In this document: in pieces, positions 38,497 to 51,148 of the stretch
Numbering within the stretch: position 1 is the stretch's first letter
How the letters are laid out: each line of letters begins with the position of its first letter
From: Blasia pusilla
Lineage: Eukaryota
DNA: 64,000 nucleotides
Assembly (NCBI GenBank): GCA_050084515.1
Contig: CM114271.1
Coordinates: forward strand, 47,182,001-47,246,000
Reading direction: 5' to 3'
Program-made: the position numbers and the translations under genes
The notes under the pieces: generated by a model
What the model saw: only the letters and a program-made list of their open reading frames with translations
Database searches by the model: none
Told to the model about the DNA's origin: nothing

Positions 38497-41400
38497 GATC
38501 TTCATAGTGTGCCATCTCTGATCGCAGACTGTGTATATAGATAGGAGCTTTTCTGCAGAATTCACTGTATTCTAGATTCTAGCTATCCAGTATCCATCCA
38601 GCTCGAGCGTGGAATTTGGGCGCATTTGTCAACTAAATCGTAGAAATCGCGAACCTTGTCATCACTGGACCTTTATCATAGTATAGACGACACACACAAG
38701 CCAGAAGAGCTGAAGATAATTAGAGTATCGCACCACCCAGTTCCTAAACGAATATAATAGGGGGTTTCTGAGTGAGATCTAAATTACACCACGGCATCAA
38801 TCAGAGTTCATGTCATGAAAATATGCACGCTTTGAGGAGTTTTTGTAGGGTTTGCGGACGAACGTTGAATTGGCTCAGCAAGCAACTCAGTTATAGTAAA
38901 ATAGATGCTGAGACTGCACTCGCGTCAGTGAAAGCATCCTTGAGAGCTATCACAAACGGTTCTTGTAACTCATATGACTATTAATACAAAGAGGTATGGA
39001 GCTCAGGAAACTTCAGCCACTTCAGGGGCTTTGTAGTGTTGGTTTGTTTCCTCTCCAGCCTTCGTCATCACCTGGGGCAACACCAGGCATCCTCGATGAT
39101 TTGCTGTTTGTCGATAACTATTGTTGTTCAATGTAGTTGACCGGATCCGTGAAGGAACTTCCCTGTATGTACGATGATGGTTTGCTGTTTGTTAATACAT
39201 AGCTGTTATTGTGCTCGTTTCGTCGGCCGAATCTGTTGGCAGCTGTTGTTATGTTTGTATCACTGATCGGATGGGTGAAATGGCTCCAGATGTATCTGCA
39301 CAGGGCACAATGATGGTTGCATAACGATATCAAGGCATAGTGCAGGTTTTTGTCAGTGTTTCGTGATGGGTGTGTGTCAACTCTGCAAGTCTGATTGTTA
39401 CCAGTGTCATGCCTACCTCTCCCATATATCTGATCAGTGATGGATCCCAGTCATGAAGATGTGTTCCCTTGGATTTGAGTCTCAGTCGAATAAGGATTGG
39501 AGGCAGTTTTCAGTCTTTGTCCTTAGCAGTTTCGGACTTGCTTCAACCAATTGAAGTCGAGTCGGCAAGACAATTGGAGATGATACAAATGTGGAACTCT
39601 GCGCACTAAGAAGGACAATGTGGAAATACACGCCAGAGAGAAATTGACTGAACACAATTTCATCCGCCAGAGGCAAAGGAGTTACAAAGTTGGACCATCT
39701 CTCCGATGTGGCACAGAGATCTAGGTTTCAAAAATTGCAATGTTTCACTTCATGAAATGGATCCATGCGAACATTTACAGACTTCACCTTCATGGAACAA
39801 CGATGCGCAAAGATGGTGAGGTCCGGATACAGAACTTTGTAGAGATAGTGATGCAAAAAGAAAACTTCGTACTCAAAAAATTACGCAGAGCTAACCTCGC
39901 AGAGAGAAAAGCGTACAGGGAACCTTTGTAGAGGAGAAATACGCAAAGAAACCTTCGCGAACATAAAACGTTCGAAGATGTTGTGACGTTCAGTAAAATG
40001 CGAAATTTGATATTACATTAATGTCAAGTCTTGGAGTCCGCATTAATTGTTCACCGTCATTCCACCACAAATAGGTGTAGACATCTCATCTAGCCCGGTG
40101 TCCATTGTCCGCAGCTCTATCATTCACCCTGATCGGATCTCTGTACGAGAAATCTACATAAAAAATCTGTGTTACATAAAGGCGATCGTGGATAGATAGT
40201 TCGGCTCAACAACTTAAAGATTTGCGACAAAAATGGGAACCATGTGACTATACCCGCGTTGCCACCTTCGGCCGTTCCGCCATCGCCATTGTCGGCTATT
40301 TGCACTCTTTGCGATTTTACTTTGCGAACTATTTTTGCGATCCCTAGCAACATTAGAACAGAAAGTACTCAATGATCCGGAGGTGTCAAGAGTTGAAGGC
40401 AGAAGGAGTTGTCAAGGAGTTCTTAACCAAGAGAATTGAGACTGCAATCAAGAGGTTGAATCTTCAACACTAGGATTAGAATTGTAAGGGGTTTCAACCC
40501 ATAGAATATTTTCTAACGAATTTTAGATGGGAGCATGTATATGGGAAGGTCATTGGTCAAACGTTAGTCTCCGCAGAGTTTAGGATCGACGTGACCTCAT
40601 AATCAAATGCATCCATCGTTCCATTGTGGAACATTAGAACTCTAGTGGGTTCACAATAGGATGGAAACACGGCATAATCTCATGAGCCAGATGTCGTGTG
40701 AATACGTATCATTGCGAATATACATTTGTTTTCATGAATACAAGTCTAAAATCGATCCAAGTATGACTCCTACAACGGTAGGCACATATGTACACAAACA
40801 ATCAAGAAACACCCCAATAAAAGTGGTCGCTACATTTGGTCTTTCCCTCTCCTCATTAGTGGCTCTAACACTTATGGTTATTTAGTTGTGAGGAATTTAC
40901 ACACAAATCTATAACAATATACTCTCTAGATGCAATCCTAGCCCACCCTCAACATAAGGAAATCCGAGGATTACATGAGCTCTAATGTGTCTCTAGATGA
41001 ATCATAATGGGAAGATAAGGCACAAAATGAGCCTCAATGGGAATATACCTCCTCTGGGCACCGTAATGGATGACTTGTGCACACATATCACCTCTCCATA
41101 GTAAGTTATTGCTTACACATGGAGTACATAACGTACTCCTTCTCTCCTAAGTTTCCACATGGTCCTCTCTATGATACCAAATGGGTGAAGGAAAGGCACG
41201 GTCCTCTCACAAGAGGAAAATTCTCATATATGATAAGTCACCTTGGGCAGTGTAGATCCAAGTAGCTCCATAAAAAGTCAAAGCACCATATGGTGCAACA
41301 TGGTACTCTTGAAAGGGTACCCACTCATGAACTATGTACCACACCACTTGAGAGCAAGTCATATATGACCTCTCAAAATGGGCAAGTATAAGATCCTCTT

Positions 41401-42179
41401 AAGGCCCTCGATATTATCTCGCCCTACCTCTCATCTCCCATAACCAAAATATGAGCTGCAAAAGCGAAACACAAGCCTAGAGAGATGTCTCAAAAGATGA
41501 TGGTTTGAACCTAGGAGAGCATGATTGAATATTGGATATAACTTAAGGAAATCTCCGGCCCCATAAGAGTAAAATTCTAGGGAAACTATAACATAGCTTG
41601 TAACATGACAAAGTGTTTAGGGGACAAGTCCAATCCACTAAAGATCCAAATAAATGCAGGAGAATAGGTATAGAAATGGGTCTCAAATTAGCACGATGGT
41701 AGCTTGGGTTGGAGGCCATAAGGAACAACACATGAGGAATCTTGGATAAATATATGGGGAAGATTTCTCTATAACTATATTTAAGGGGTAGGGTCTTCAA
41801 GGGTGTTTGGAACATGAACCCCATCTTAAGAACCATGGGGGTGACCCAAGGGCACACGATGGATTGAGAATCTTTGAGAGGTTGACTTTAGGATTTTTCA
41901 AGCTCACGCCACTCTTGTGAGCTCTCCATACACAACTCCATAAAAATTTTAGAATCATTCCCACACATACAAAATCATCTTATAAAAACAACAAACCAAC
42001 AAGCTTGGATTCTCGTGAGCATCCCCATGAGCAATTTAATGGAAAACACAATCCTCACCTTGCAAAATAGACAATAAGCAACATCTAACGTGCTCCAAAC
42101 CTCCAAAGCTCCCATTTTGTAAAGATGTCTCTCTTTCTTATGGAGCTCTCATTCTTTCTCATTTACATGCACATTCCAT

Positions 42180-42314
42180 GGCTCTCTCTAATGTCAATCC
42201 AAACACATTCTCATAGTGAGAGGCTTAGGTTACTTACAACGCAATGAACACCATAACGCCATTATCTCATGGAAAGAGGTTCAACAAAGTAAGAATCAAC
42301 TCCCGAGTTCTTCC

Positions 42315-42373
<59 letters not shown>

Positions 42374-42600
42374 AGAATATACATTCAGTCCCTTTTCCAA
42401 ACCCTCTTCTTAGTCACCTATACATGCAAGTCATCTCCTTAATCCTAATATATGATAGTAGGTTAAAGGAAAATTTTCCCAAATGGAAAAATCAAATATA
42501 CCAAAAATAAAGAACTCATCTGAAATGATAAGTTCTTCGAGATTACTCCAAATTAGTCCAAAATAAGTGGGAACCTATATACTCAAGTTACTCTCCTTCT
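42180..42600 (-). repeat. Diverged homolog of terminal segment B, within a larger LTR-like remnant; includes (CT)n at about 42322-42372
   Basis: AATGTCAA.CCAAAC.CA.TCTC.TA.TGAGAGGCTT.GGTTAC...AAGAGGTTCAACAAAG..AGAAT...TAAGTTC.TC is colinear with 22145-22490. Confidence 0.65.
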
Positions 42601-43547
42601 CAACATATTATCCTTATCATGGACCTACTCCCTTAAACGTCGGTCTAATAAGTCATATATGGAAGCTTGTATTCAACCAATTATGCTCTTCTTTCCGATC
42701 TAAACTAAACACACTTACATTAGCCATGATTTGAGTCAACTAGTCTTGTGTCTCCCAAGTTTGAGTTTTGGATCATCCCTGAAGCGCAAAAGATCTAGAA
42801 AGGGCCAAATACCGACCTAACCTTTCACTCCCTAATATATGCAAGTCATTCAAGACTTGGGACAAACTTATTTGATACTGTAGGAACCTCAAATGGTGCT
42901 AACGCACATAGCAATCACAAATGCCCAATTAACCTCGAACGACTCCCTAACCATAACTTAATGTTTGAGTCAGAGATTAAGGTCCGAGGTTGACATTCAT
43001 AAGTAGACTACATGTTGCAAAAAGATTTGCATATCTGCCAAGGCATTGAGCTCTTCACTGCAATCAGCCACGCTATGAGGATCCAACGCCATGATGACCA
43101 TGCGCCTAAGGATGTCCACCGTATCCACTTCCGCATCATATTCGATCACCAACTTACGCCACACATGCCCCCCATCCAATTATAGGAATTGCTGAAACTC
43201 AACGATTAGTCGTGCCACACTCAATTTTAGGGGTTATAATTTGTGACTACTTGTTATGTTCTATCGAAAAAAAAAAATTGATGTTGACAATGAGTTGTTG
43301 TACTGACATATTCAGGTTTCATATTTGATATGTGCTTCTTTTCCATTTCGTGTTATCTAGCGTGTTGTAAATCAACTTGACAAGTATGATGACATCGAGA
43401 GGGGATATTCTGCATTTTGGAGGTTTGCACTCAATGCACTGCGCGTTAGTATGCTGCCCCCATAATTTTCACGGAGTTTTTATTTTAGGGCATTGTTTGA
43501 GGGATGTGCCATAACTTAATTGCTCGCTTATGGATGTATTATGACTG

Positions 43548-44302
43548 TGTCGTGCGCATACACATCGCTACACAACATACATCGTTCTCACCGAACACAC
43601 ACACAAACACGCATGATCCCATGCTAACTCATGGCATCCAAACAACGAGACAAGAAATACTAAAATATCTCCAATAAAATAAGATCTAATCTCTCTCACA
43701 ACACCATAGTTCTCACATGTCTCTCTCAATGTCAAACCAAACCCACTCTCCTAATGAGAGGCTTGGGTTACACAAAAGGCAAGCAAGACCATAGCTCCGC
43801 CGCCTCATGCCAAGAGGTTCAACAAAGAGAGAATGAGCTCTCAAGTTCTCTCTCCTTGAGGTATACCCGTCCCCTCTCCCAAGCTCTCTCCATGGTAACC
43901 TATTCTCCCAAGTCACCTCCTTGGCTCTTGACCTGATGTAGGAGGTCAAGGGCCACTTACCAAAAATATAAAGTCGATCATATACTCAAAATAGTACTTA
44001 CCTAAAATAGTAAGTTCCTCAATATGGCTCCAAATGAGCCGAAACGAAGGGAAAACCTGCTCTCTCAAGTTTCTCGGGGCTTCAGCAGGTCATCATCGAC
44101 CTACTGATGCTTCTCCTCCACTACTCACAAAAGCGCTCTACTACATCTCACTGATATATCCTAAAAGACGTGATAGTTTTTGTGCGCATACACATCACTA
44201 CACAATATACATCGTTGTCACCGAACACACACACAAACACGCACGATCCCATGCTAACTCATGGCATCCAAACAACAAGACAAGAAGGGCTAAAATATCT
44301 CC
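43548..44302 (-). repeat. 3' split terminal repeat block of copy 2: A (43548-43672), B (43675-44175), A' (44178-44302)
   Basis: Same A-B-A' layout and 2-nt spacer as copy 1. Confidence 0.9.
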
Positions 44303-44491
44303 AATCGCCCCCATAGTTGGTGTTTAGGTCCCTCTAACTCCACATAGCCATCTATCCCTACCTACCATGACATACATCTCTCGGACACCAAGAGCAAGAA
44401 AGGTCGGCTGCTCATGTGACCCCATCGTTACTCGCCTTCCTGTCATCCATGTCACAGAAAATTTGGAATCGAAACCTACCTATTATCTCCT

Positions 44492-44650
44492 CTATGTACA
44501 TCTGGGACACATCCATCGTCCCCGAGGAACCCTAGTGAGAGGTGGCGTCAGACATGCCATATGCCAACCTCTCGAACATCCATCATAGACTAGCATCGTG
44601 GCGGCATCACAGGCAGAACCACACAACATACAACGCAAGCCTGCAGGAAC
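44492..44650 (-). pseudogene. PHD finger, copy 2
   Basis: LRCMLCGSACDAATMLVYDGCSRGWHMACLTPPLTRVPRGRWMCPRCT* (third Cys mutated to Tyr here, intact in copy 1). Confidence 0.9.
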
Positions 44651-44745
44651 TACTGCTAAGCTTGGATCTACTGTACCATGAATGTTAGGAAGATGATATG
44701 GTGCACAATTAGGCACATGGTCCTTCCATACCATACCATACCATA

Positions 44746-47500
44746 TCATCGCGTCCCTCCAACAAGAGAACACCGGATGGCAAAAACGTCACGAACTCTC
44801 AAGATAGTGCGCCCTGTAGTCACATCCAATATTGTCGGCATTGTCTGCTGCAAGTAGACATAATCTCCCCGATGAAACCTCTGGATAATTGGTCGATAAC
44901 CACCATCCCGAATAGTTGCATCCCTCAACGTATCACGATGTTGCGTAATCGCCAAGTTCTCGAACGCCATGGGCATCACTCTCCAAAACAACTCAGCCCT
45001 CTGAGAACATGCTCGCATCCATACATCCGAGTCATCAAGGTCCAGCACCTCACCAGCATCTCGACGAATGGCCGTAGGTAAATCTGGCTCTCGGCCATAA
45101 AGTAGCAAGTACGGTGAAAAAGACGCTAAGAATGTTTGCCTGCTGAATTTGTATCTTATTGCCAACCATGGCAACTAGAGGTCCCAATCTCCTAGGTGAC
45201 CTTTCTGCAAGCCATACTTGTGTAAACCCTTCTTCACCGTCTGCACAACTCTCTCCACTAATCCATCCCCCTCGGGATGATCTCGCAAAGTCGTGCGGTG
45301 GTCAATCAACGCCTGATCACACAAGGCGTGGAACTCACCATGAAACTCGGTACCCTGGTCGGTCAACACCTCAGCCCGTGCGCCATAATGACTCAACACT
45401 CTATCAAGGAAGGCATAAGCTACTCCCTCAATCGCTTTGTCAGGCAATGCAACCAACTCGATCCACTTTGAGAAGTGCTCGACCATCACCAACACATAAC
45501 GACTATGACACTCCGTCAAAGGCAAAGGTCCTGCAAAATCCAAACTCCATCTATACCCTAAGCCCATGATCGGTAATGGATGCAACTGTGGAGTCGGAGC
45601 ATTGAACGATGCTCGGACCCGATCACACACCATGCACCTGGCAACAAACTGTTGAACGTCAGTCTGCATGCCTCGCCACCAATACTTAATCTGGAGCAAG
45701 CTGTACGTCCGCTTCACCCCAAAGTGACCCAACTCCTCATGGGCATGCTGCACTAGTCGTGCTCTTTGCAAAGGATGCGGCACTACGCGTACTCTACCAT
45801 CCTCCCAAACCCTCAAAACATGTGTCTCCTCCCAACGGAACCGTTTGGCCCGCTGTATGATCCGATCCCGCTCTCTAGCACCCACAGTGCTCGCAATCTG
45901 CCAGTACAAAGGTACTCCAAGACTACTCCATCATCATGAATATCTCGGCCATCTCTCGTCTCCTCACTGGCCTCGGGATCCAAGGACTCTCCACTAGACC
46001 TCGCCGTCAAAGTCTCTACACTCTGGCTCTCCATAGCCAACATGCCTAAATAGGCACTGACTCCTCATCACTCTCTCCATGCCATCGAGCTCTAGTTGCA
46101 TCTCGCTGACTCGGGCATGGGTTACAACTCAATCCATCTGCATCTTGGTTGAGCGTCCCAGGTCTATGTACCACGTGAAAATCATAATCCTGCAACAACA
46201 GAGCCCATCTCGCAAGCTTCCCTGTAAACTTTTCGGACTCCATCAACCACTTCAGTGGTTGATGATCAGTGATGATGGTAAAGGGGTTGCCGAATCAGTA
46301 ACATCTGAAATGCGCGACAGCCCACACTACAGCCAAGCATTCACCCTCATACGAGATGTACTTCGCCTCTCCAGCCTTGTTTGAGCGGCTAGCATAAGCC
46401 ACCACAAACTCTCTACCCTCATCATCATGCTGGGTGAGCACCGCTTCAAGCCCCAACATGCTCCAATCTGTGTGCAACTGGAAAGGACGCCCCCTGATCA
46501 GTCTCCTCAAGATGGGCGCGGATGTCAACCTATCCTTGAGCAATTGAAATGCTTGCTCCTGCTCATCCCCAGAGTGCCACTCGTGATCCACCTTAGTCAG
46601 CAAGGTTAGCGGCTTCACAATCAAACTGAATCCCTTGACGTACCGCCGATAGAAGTCCGCCAATCCCATGAATGCGCGAACACTGCTCACATCTGTAGGG
46701 CGTCGAATACGTGAGATAGCCTCTACCTTTTTCTGCTAAACACCAAGTCCTCTGGGTATATCGTATGACCCAAGTACTCAATGTGATCCTAGAAGAACTT
46801 GCACTTGCTTGGATGTAGCTTTAGCCCATGTAATTGCAATCGTCGAAATACCTCCTCTAGATGTCGCTCATGCTCCTCAACCGTGGCGCTAAAAACTACG
46901 ATGTCATCAATATAACACCTAGCAAAATCCAGACCTGCCAAGATCCTATCCATGACCCTCTGAAACTCAGCCGGGGCATTCTTTAACCCAAATGGTAAGA
47001 ACCCCCACTGGTACAAACAATCCTTCCAGTCAGGTTGGATGCCCCAAAATGCCGTCTTATGTCTGTCCTCCAATCTAATAGGCAGCTGATGGTATCCGGC
47101 TCGCAAATCTAATGAACTAAAGACCTTTGCGTGACCAATCGCATCAAAGATCTCCTCAGGGGTGGGCATGGCATACCTATCGGACTTTGTCTGCCGATTG
47201 ATAGGTCGGAAATCCCCACACATCTGCCTATCCGTCCTGTTGCCATGCACATCCTTCTTGGCGGGCATGACAGTGGCAGATGCATACTCCCCATGCGACA
47301 TCTCCCTAGTCTTGCTCCAACCAAGTATTGGCTCCTACTCCGAATCAGAGCCCTCTCCATATCATTGTTCTTGTAAAGTCTTCGGAAGATCGGCGTGTCA
47401 CTCGACAACTCAATGCGGATCCCCGGTCCCTTCAACGTACCCAAATCCTCCAAGCTAAACGCAAAGCAACTCCTATAACTCTGGACGAATTGATGTATCC
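44746..47500 (-). pseudogene. RT - RNase H - integrase, copy 2
   Basis: RT: LDLRAGYHQL, LPFGLKNAPAEFQRVM, CYIDDIVVFS. RH: FQLHTDWS, VVAYASRS, EGECLAVVWAV. IN: HAHEELGHFG..CMVC (HHCC), SLDFAGP, LTDQGTEF, GDGLVERVVQT (DDE). The RT-RH-IN order is the Gypsy order. Confidence 0.95.
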
Positions 47501-47899
47501 TGCGCCGCTCTCCTCCTGTCAACTTAGGGCCCATATCTGGCTCCCAAGTCTCCATCGTGACTATGGTAGGACTCTCCGGTGTGGGTATCGGTGGTTGCTA
47601 TGGTGCAACCCCATCTCCAACAACAACACTCGACCGCTCTCCTACAACCAACTGCAAACTCTAATTTCCTCCACGTGCAGTGCCCGGAACCACGCTCGAT
47701 GCTGTGGCTACCATCTCCTAGCGTACCTGCAAAACATGTTGTGGCTACCATCTCCTATCCCAAGGGTGTCTCTCCCGATCTCCCCTGGTATGTAGATCTC
47801 CTCGAGTCTGGCCCTGAGCCACTGTCTCCAACGTCTCGGTAGGCATGGGGCTCACGAACGCAACCGATGTGATCTGTCGCGATCTCATACGGCGTTGCT

Positions 47900-48860
47900 C
47901 AGCCACTCCCAAGCTGAGAATCCATGTCAAGCAGTTCAGGTCCATTGCTTGACCCAAGACATGGCGTCGTGATGCCTCTGATACTGACGGTACTGCCATC
48001 ATACGTGTGGGAAATCCCTTTGCTCGCTCTCTCTCGTCGACGTTGGGCTCCACAAACCGCTGAACCTGGTCATCCCAAACCAAGCTAGGGCCGGCCTCCT
48101 TGTATGTGTAGGAAGCGGGAAAACTCACAAACGTGGGCAAGGCTGCCCGCGGCCTGCCTACCCTGTTGACCACAATCAATGTTGGTTGATCATCGTGCCT
48201 CATAGCCTGTGATCGACAACCTCGATCCAGAATGTAATCCACTAACAAATGGGAGGGGCGGTTCACTCTCGCATACGCCCTCGATAACACCCCATGGGGC
48301 ACCAAGTTGGTCCACCATAGACGCGGGCAATGGGCTCTCGAGACTACACTCGCCGCATCCAAGAACACTACTGGGCCGATCCAGGCACGCACCTCATGAG
48401 CACTCGTCACCAGTCGTGACATGGAATCTCCTAAGATCGGCACATTCTCCAAAACGTAGGCTGGAGAACAAGAATGGTGCTCTTGCAACTACCATAAGAC
48501 CCTCAACATCTCCCAAAACAACCTGGACTGAGTGTCAGCCAACCCGTTGCCTCGTCCAACACTCGATTGGCCCTGACATGGCCAACTGGCAATGACCAAA
48601 TCAATGGTCCCTACCCAATCTAAGTCATGCGCTCCCAACAACGAAATATCCCTCGGTAGGGAACTCTGTACCCCTGTACCACGGACGCAGACAATAAGTC
48701 GGGAAAACATAGGCGTAAGTATGCCACATGTCGTAGTGAGACACGCCTCGCAACATCATCACTCTCCACATACAGGTACTACTGCACTTGCACTCTTGCC
48801 TGCAAAATAGTAACTAACCCAGTGCTAATCCCTCCAAAGAGATCTAACACTCGAATACCC
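47900..48860 (-). pseudogene. DNMT3-like C5 cytosine methyltransferase domain, copy 2
   Basis: GIRVLDLFGGISTGL (I); PRDISLL (III); IDLVIASWPCQGQS (IV, catalytic PC); QSRLFWEMLRVL (V); YVLENVP (VI); LDAASVVSRAHCPRLWWTNL (VIII); ERERAKGFPTRM...SRRHVLGQAMDLNCLTWIL (IX-X). Confidence 0.93.
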
Positions 48861-49259
48861 TCCTCTGGGATACACCACACAATGGGTGTGGTATCCAAGG
48901 GTGTCATTGTTGCACTCCCTGCTACCTCGGGTTCCTCAGACCCGTCATGCTCCGGTGCAAACGCCTCGCTCCACGCGGTCTGCATGTGCTCATCTGCCGA
49001 TCGTCGAAGCTCCTCAGTCGAGCCCCACAACGGCACTTTTCCTCCACGGAATGCGGCTACCATAACACTCCTCTCCAAAGAAATGTCAGGAACGGGAGTA
49101 TTCTTTGCATGGACATGTCCCTCAATCAAATCACTAGGCCAAGTGATGGCCCTGTTAAATGTTGCTAACGTCACCACCTCTCCTCGCCGTCGCTCGATCA
49201 CTGCACCTGTAAATCGAACGGGTAATGAGCTAAGGCACCCATCACCTGACTACCATCTT

Positions 49260-49620
49260 GGTCTGTAGGATGGTGACTCCTCCCAGTAATCTAGGGAAAA
49301 CCCCATCGGTTATAACACTGCTCCACCAACCAAGACGTCGTAGGACTCTGCATCAGTCACTATCGCCTTGGCTCGCACCACGGACTCATCTGTAGGATGT
49401 CCTTGGCGAATCCTCACCATGACCTCTTGTCAGGTGATATATTGTGTGGTACTCGCTCGACCCAAGGATGTCTGTATCCAGAATGGACAACGCTCCACAT
49501 CGGCTCTCGTCAAGCCCAATCCTCTGAATGACGCTTTCCCCAACATCAGGGGTTGCGCTCTTGAATCCAACAAGATGCGTTGCGGACTAAACGCTCTATC
49601 TTCGGGACTTACCAACTGGG
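49260..49620 (-). pseudogene. Aspartic protease, copy 2
   Basis: QRILLDSRAQPLMLG ... DAESYDVLVGGAV. Confidence 0.85.
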
Positions 49621-50479
49621 AGACCTCTCCTCGGTTATCCAGCAACACAACACCAGGAGAAGCCATGGCCACCTCTATCGCGGGTCGAGCGGGCATCTCC
49701 ACCATCCTAGCAGCCGCAGCATGCCATGAATCTGACGTGGACGGCCCGAGCATCCGCTTCAAGGGCAAGTCCATCACCTCCTCTGCAATCACCTCTAAAC
49801 GTGATGTAGGAACTCCAACTCCACGCTCACATAGCATAACGGCGAGCCAAAAAGCCTCGGCGGGCGTACTCTCCAATGTCATAACATCGGAAGCAGAAAA
49901 TAAATGAGCGTGGTACACAATGGTGGCTGCCCCCAACAACGTGCTCGACACATGCCCCTCTTGAGCATCAACAATAGGAGTCGCCGCACTTGCTTCTCCC
50001 ATCGCCTTCTGTGCCTGCATACCAACAACATCACCAGCTCTCTAGGAACTCTGATCAGGACCCATCGATGGGGTCCTCATCGCCTCGTACAACGTGAAAG
50101 ATTGAGGAAGCCTAGTCTGTTTCCTGGCTTCCCCTAGCTGTGGATCCAACTCTGCGGCTGCTCCATATGTCACAATTGCGGCGGCCTCCATCTGGGCAAC
50201 CCCGCATATCCAACCAGGATCCTCCATATCTTTGGCTGCTCCATATGATGTCGATGCCAGGGATCCGGCATCGGGTAACCTCAATGCCATAGTGGTAATT
50301 TGCTCCTGTAGTTTTTGTATCTGAGCAGCCATCCCAGCCTCACGTCCGGCGTCTCCCTCGATGCGTCTAGGTGGTGGTACTCTACGTTCCTCCACGGGCA
50401 GCTCCACCATCCTGTCGGGCAACTCCTTGTCCCCCAACAGGACCACGTGGTGCACGATCTCTAGGCCCACTCGGACTGC

Positions 50480-51148
50480 CTCCTCACTCTCGTGCCCTCT
50501 CTGGCCCTGGGTTCGGACGTAACTCAAGATGTAAATTGAAACACCTTGCGCGTGTATGACCATACCTCTGATAATAGTCACACTGATAACCTCCTGGTGC
50601 AACACCATCTCCTCCTCCATGCTGAGAAACACGTCGTGACCCTGACGAGTGCAATGGCACTGATGATGGGCTCCACCACATGACCAACAAGTAATATTAG
50701 GCGGCTACTGCTTAGCCGTATATGAAGGCGCAAGTCTTTATGGCACGGCCTCCCAGTATCCTCCCTGAGCTCGTGGTGCCACAGTCGACCTATCTCGGAG
50801 TCAAAGTTGTTGCACATGTGGTGCAGACAATCGTGACTGCTCTCGCCCAGAACCCATGGTGGCCAAGCTCTACTCCGCCATGTTGCGCTGAATGTTCTCG
50901 GCAATCCTAAAAATATATCTCAACATAGGGGAGGTGTTCATAAGAAGCACCCCCTCCCGTACCCGTGTCTGCAGGGTCCGGTCCAGCATCGCGTACCATG
51001 ATTGGATAGCCTGAGCCTCTATCACCCCCTGAGTGACGTTGATCAACCAGCGCAAGCGAGTGTAAGCCTCACGCAAACTCTCACCCGGGCGCCTCTGGAA
51101 GTCATGGATGCTCCACAACTTCTTCGTCCGTACCCCCTGGTAGCTCGC
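50480..51148 (-). pseudogene. Gag (truncated), copy 2
   Basis: DFQRRPGESLREAYTRLRWLI and the knuckle CDYYQRYGHTRARC. Confidence 0.8.

Larger units (their letters stand above)
43548..51148 (-). mobile_element. DNMT3/PHD Gypsy-type retrotransposon, copy 2 (5'-truncated within gag)
   Basis: Colinear with copy 1 from the TGTCGTGCG terminus to TAGCTCGC (51148), where homology stops abruptly. Confidence 0.92.

Noticed and set aside
47900-48860. MTase as a host DRM/DNMT3 gene or a bacterial contaminant
   Set aside because: It is intronless, embedded at the same position between PR and RT in two TE copies, has non-permuted motifs and no UBA domains, and lies on the same contig as a spliced plant gene.
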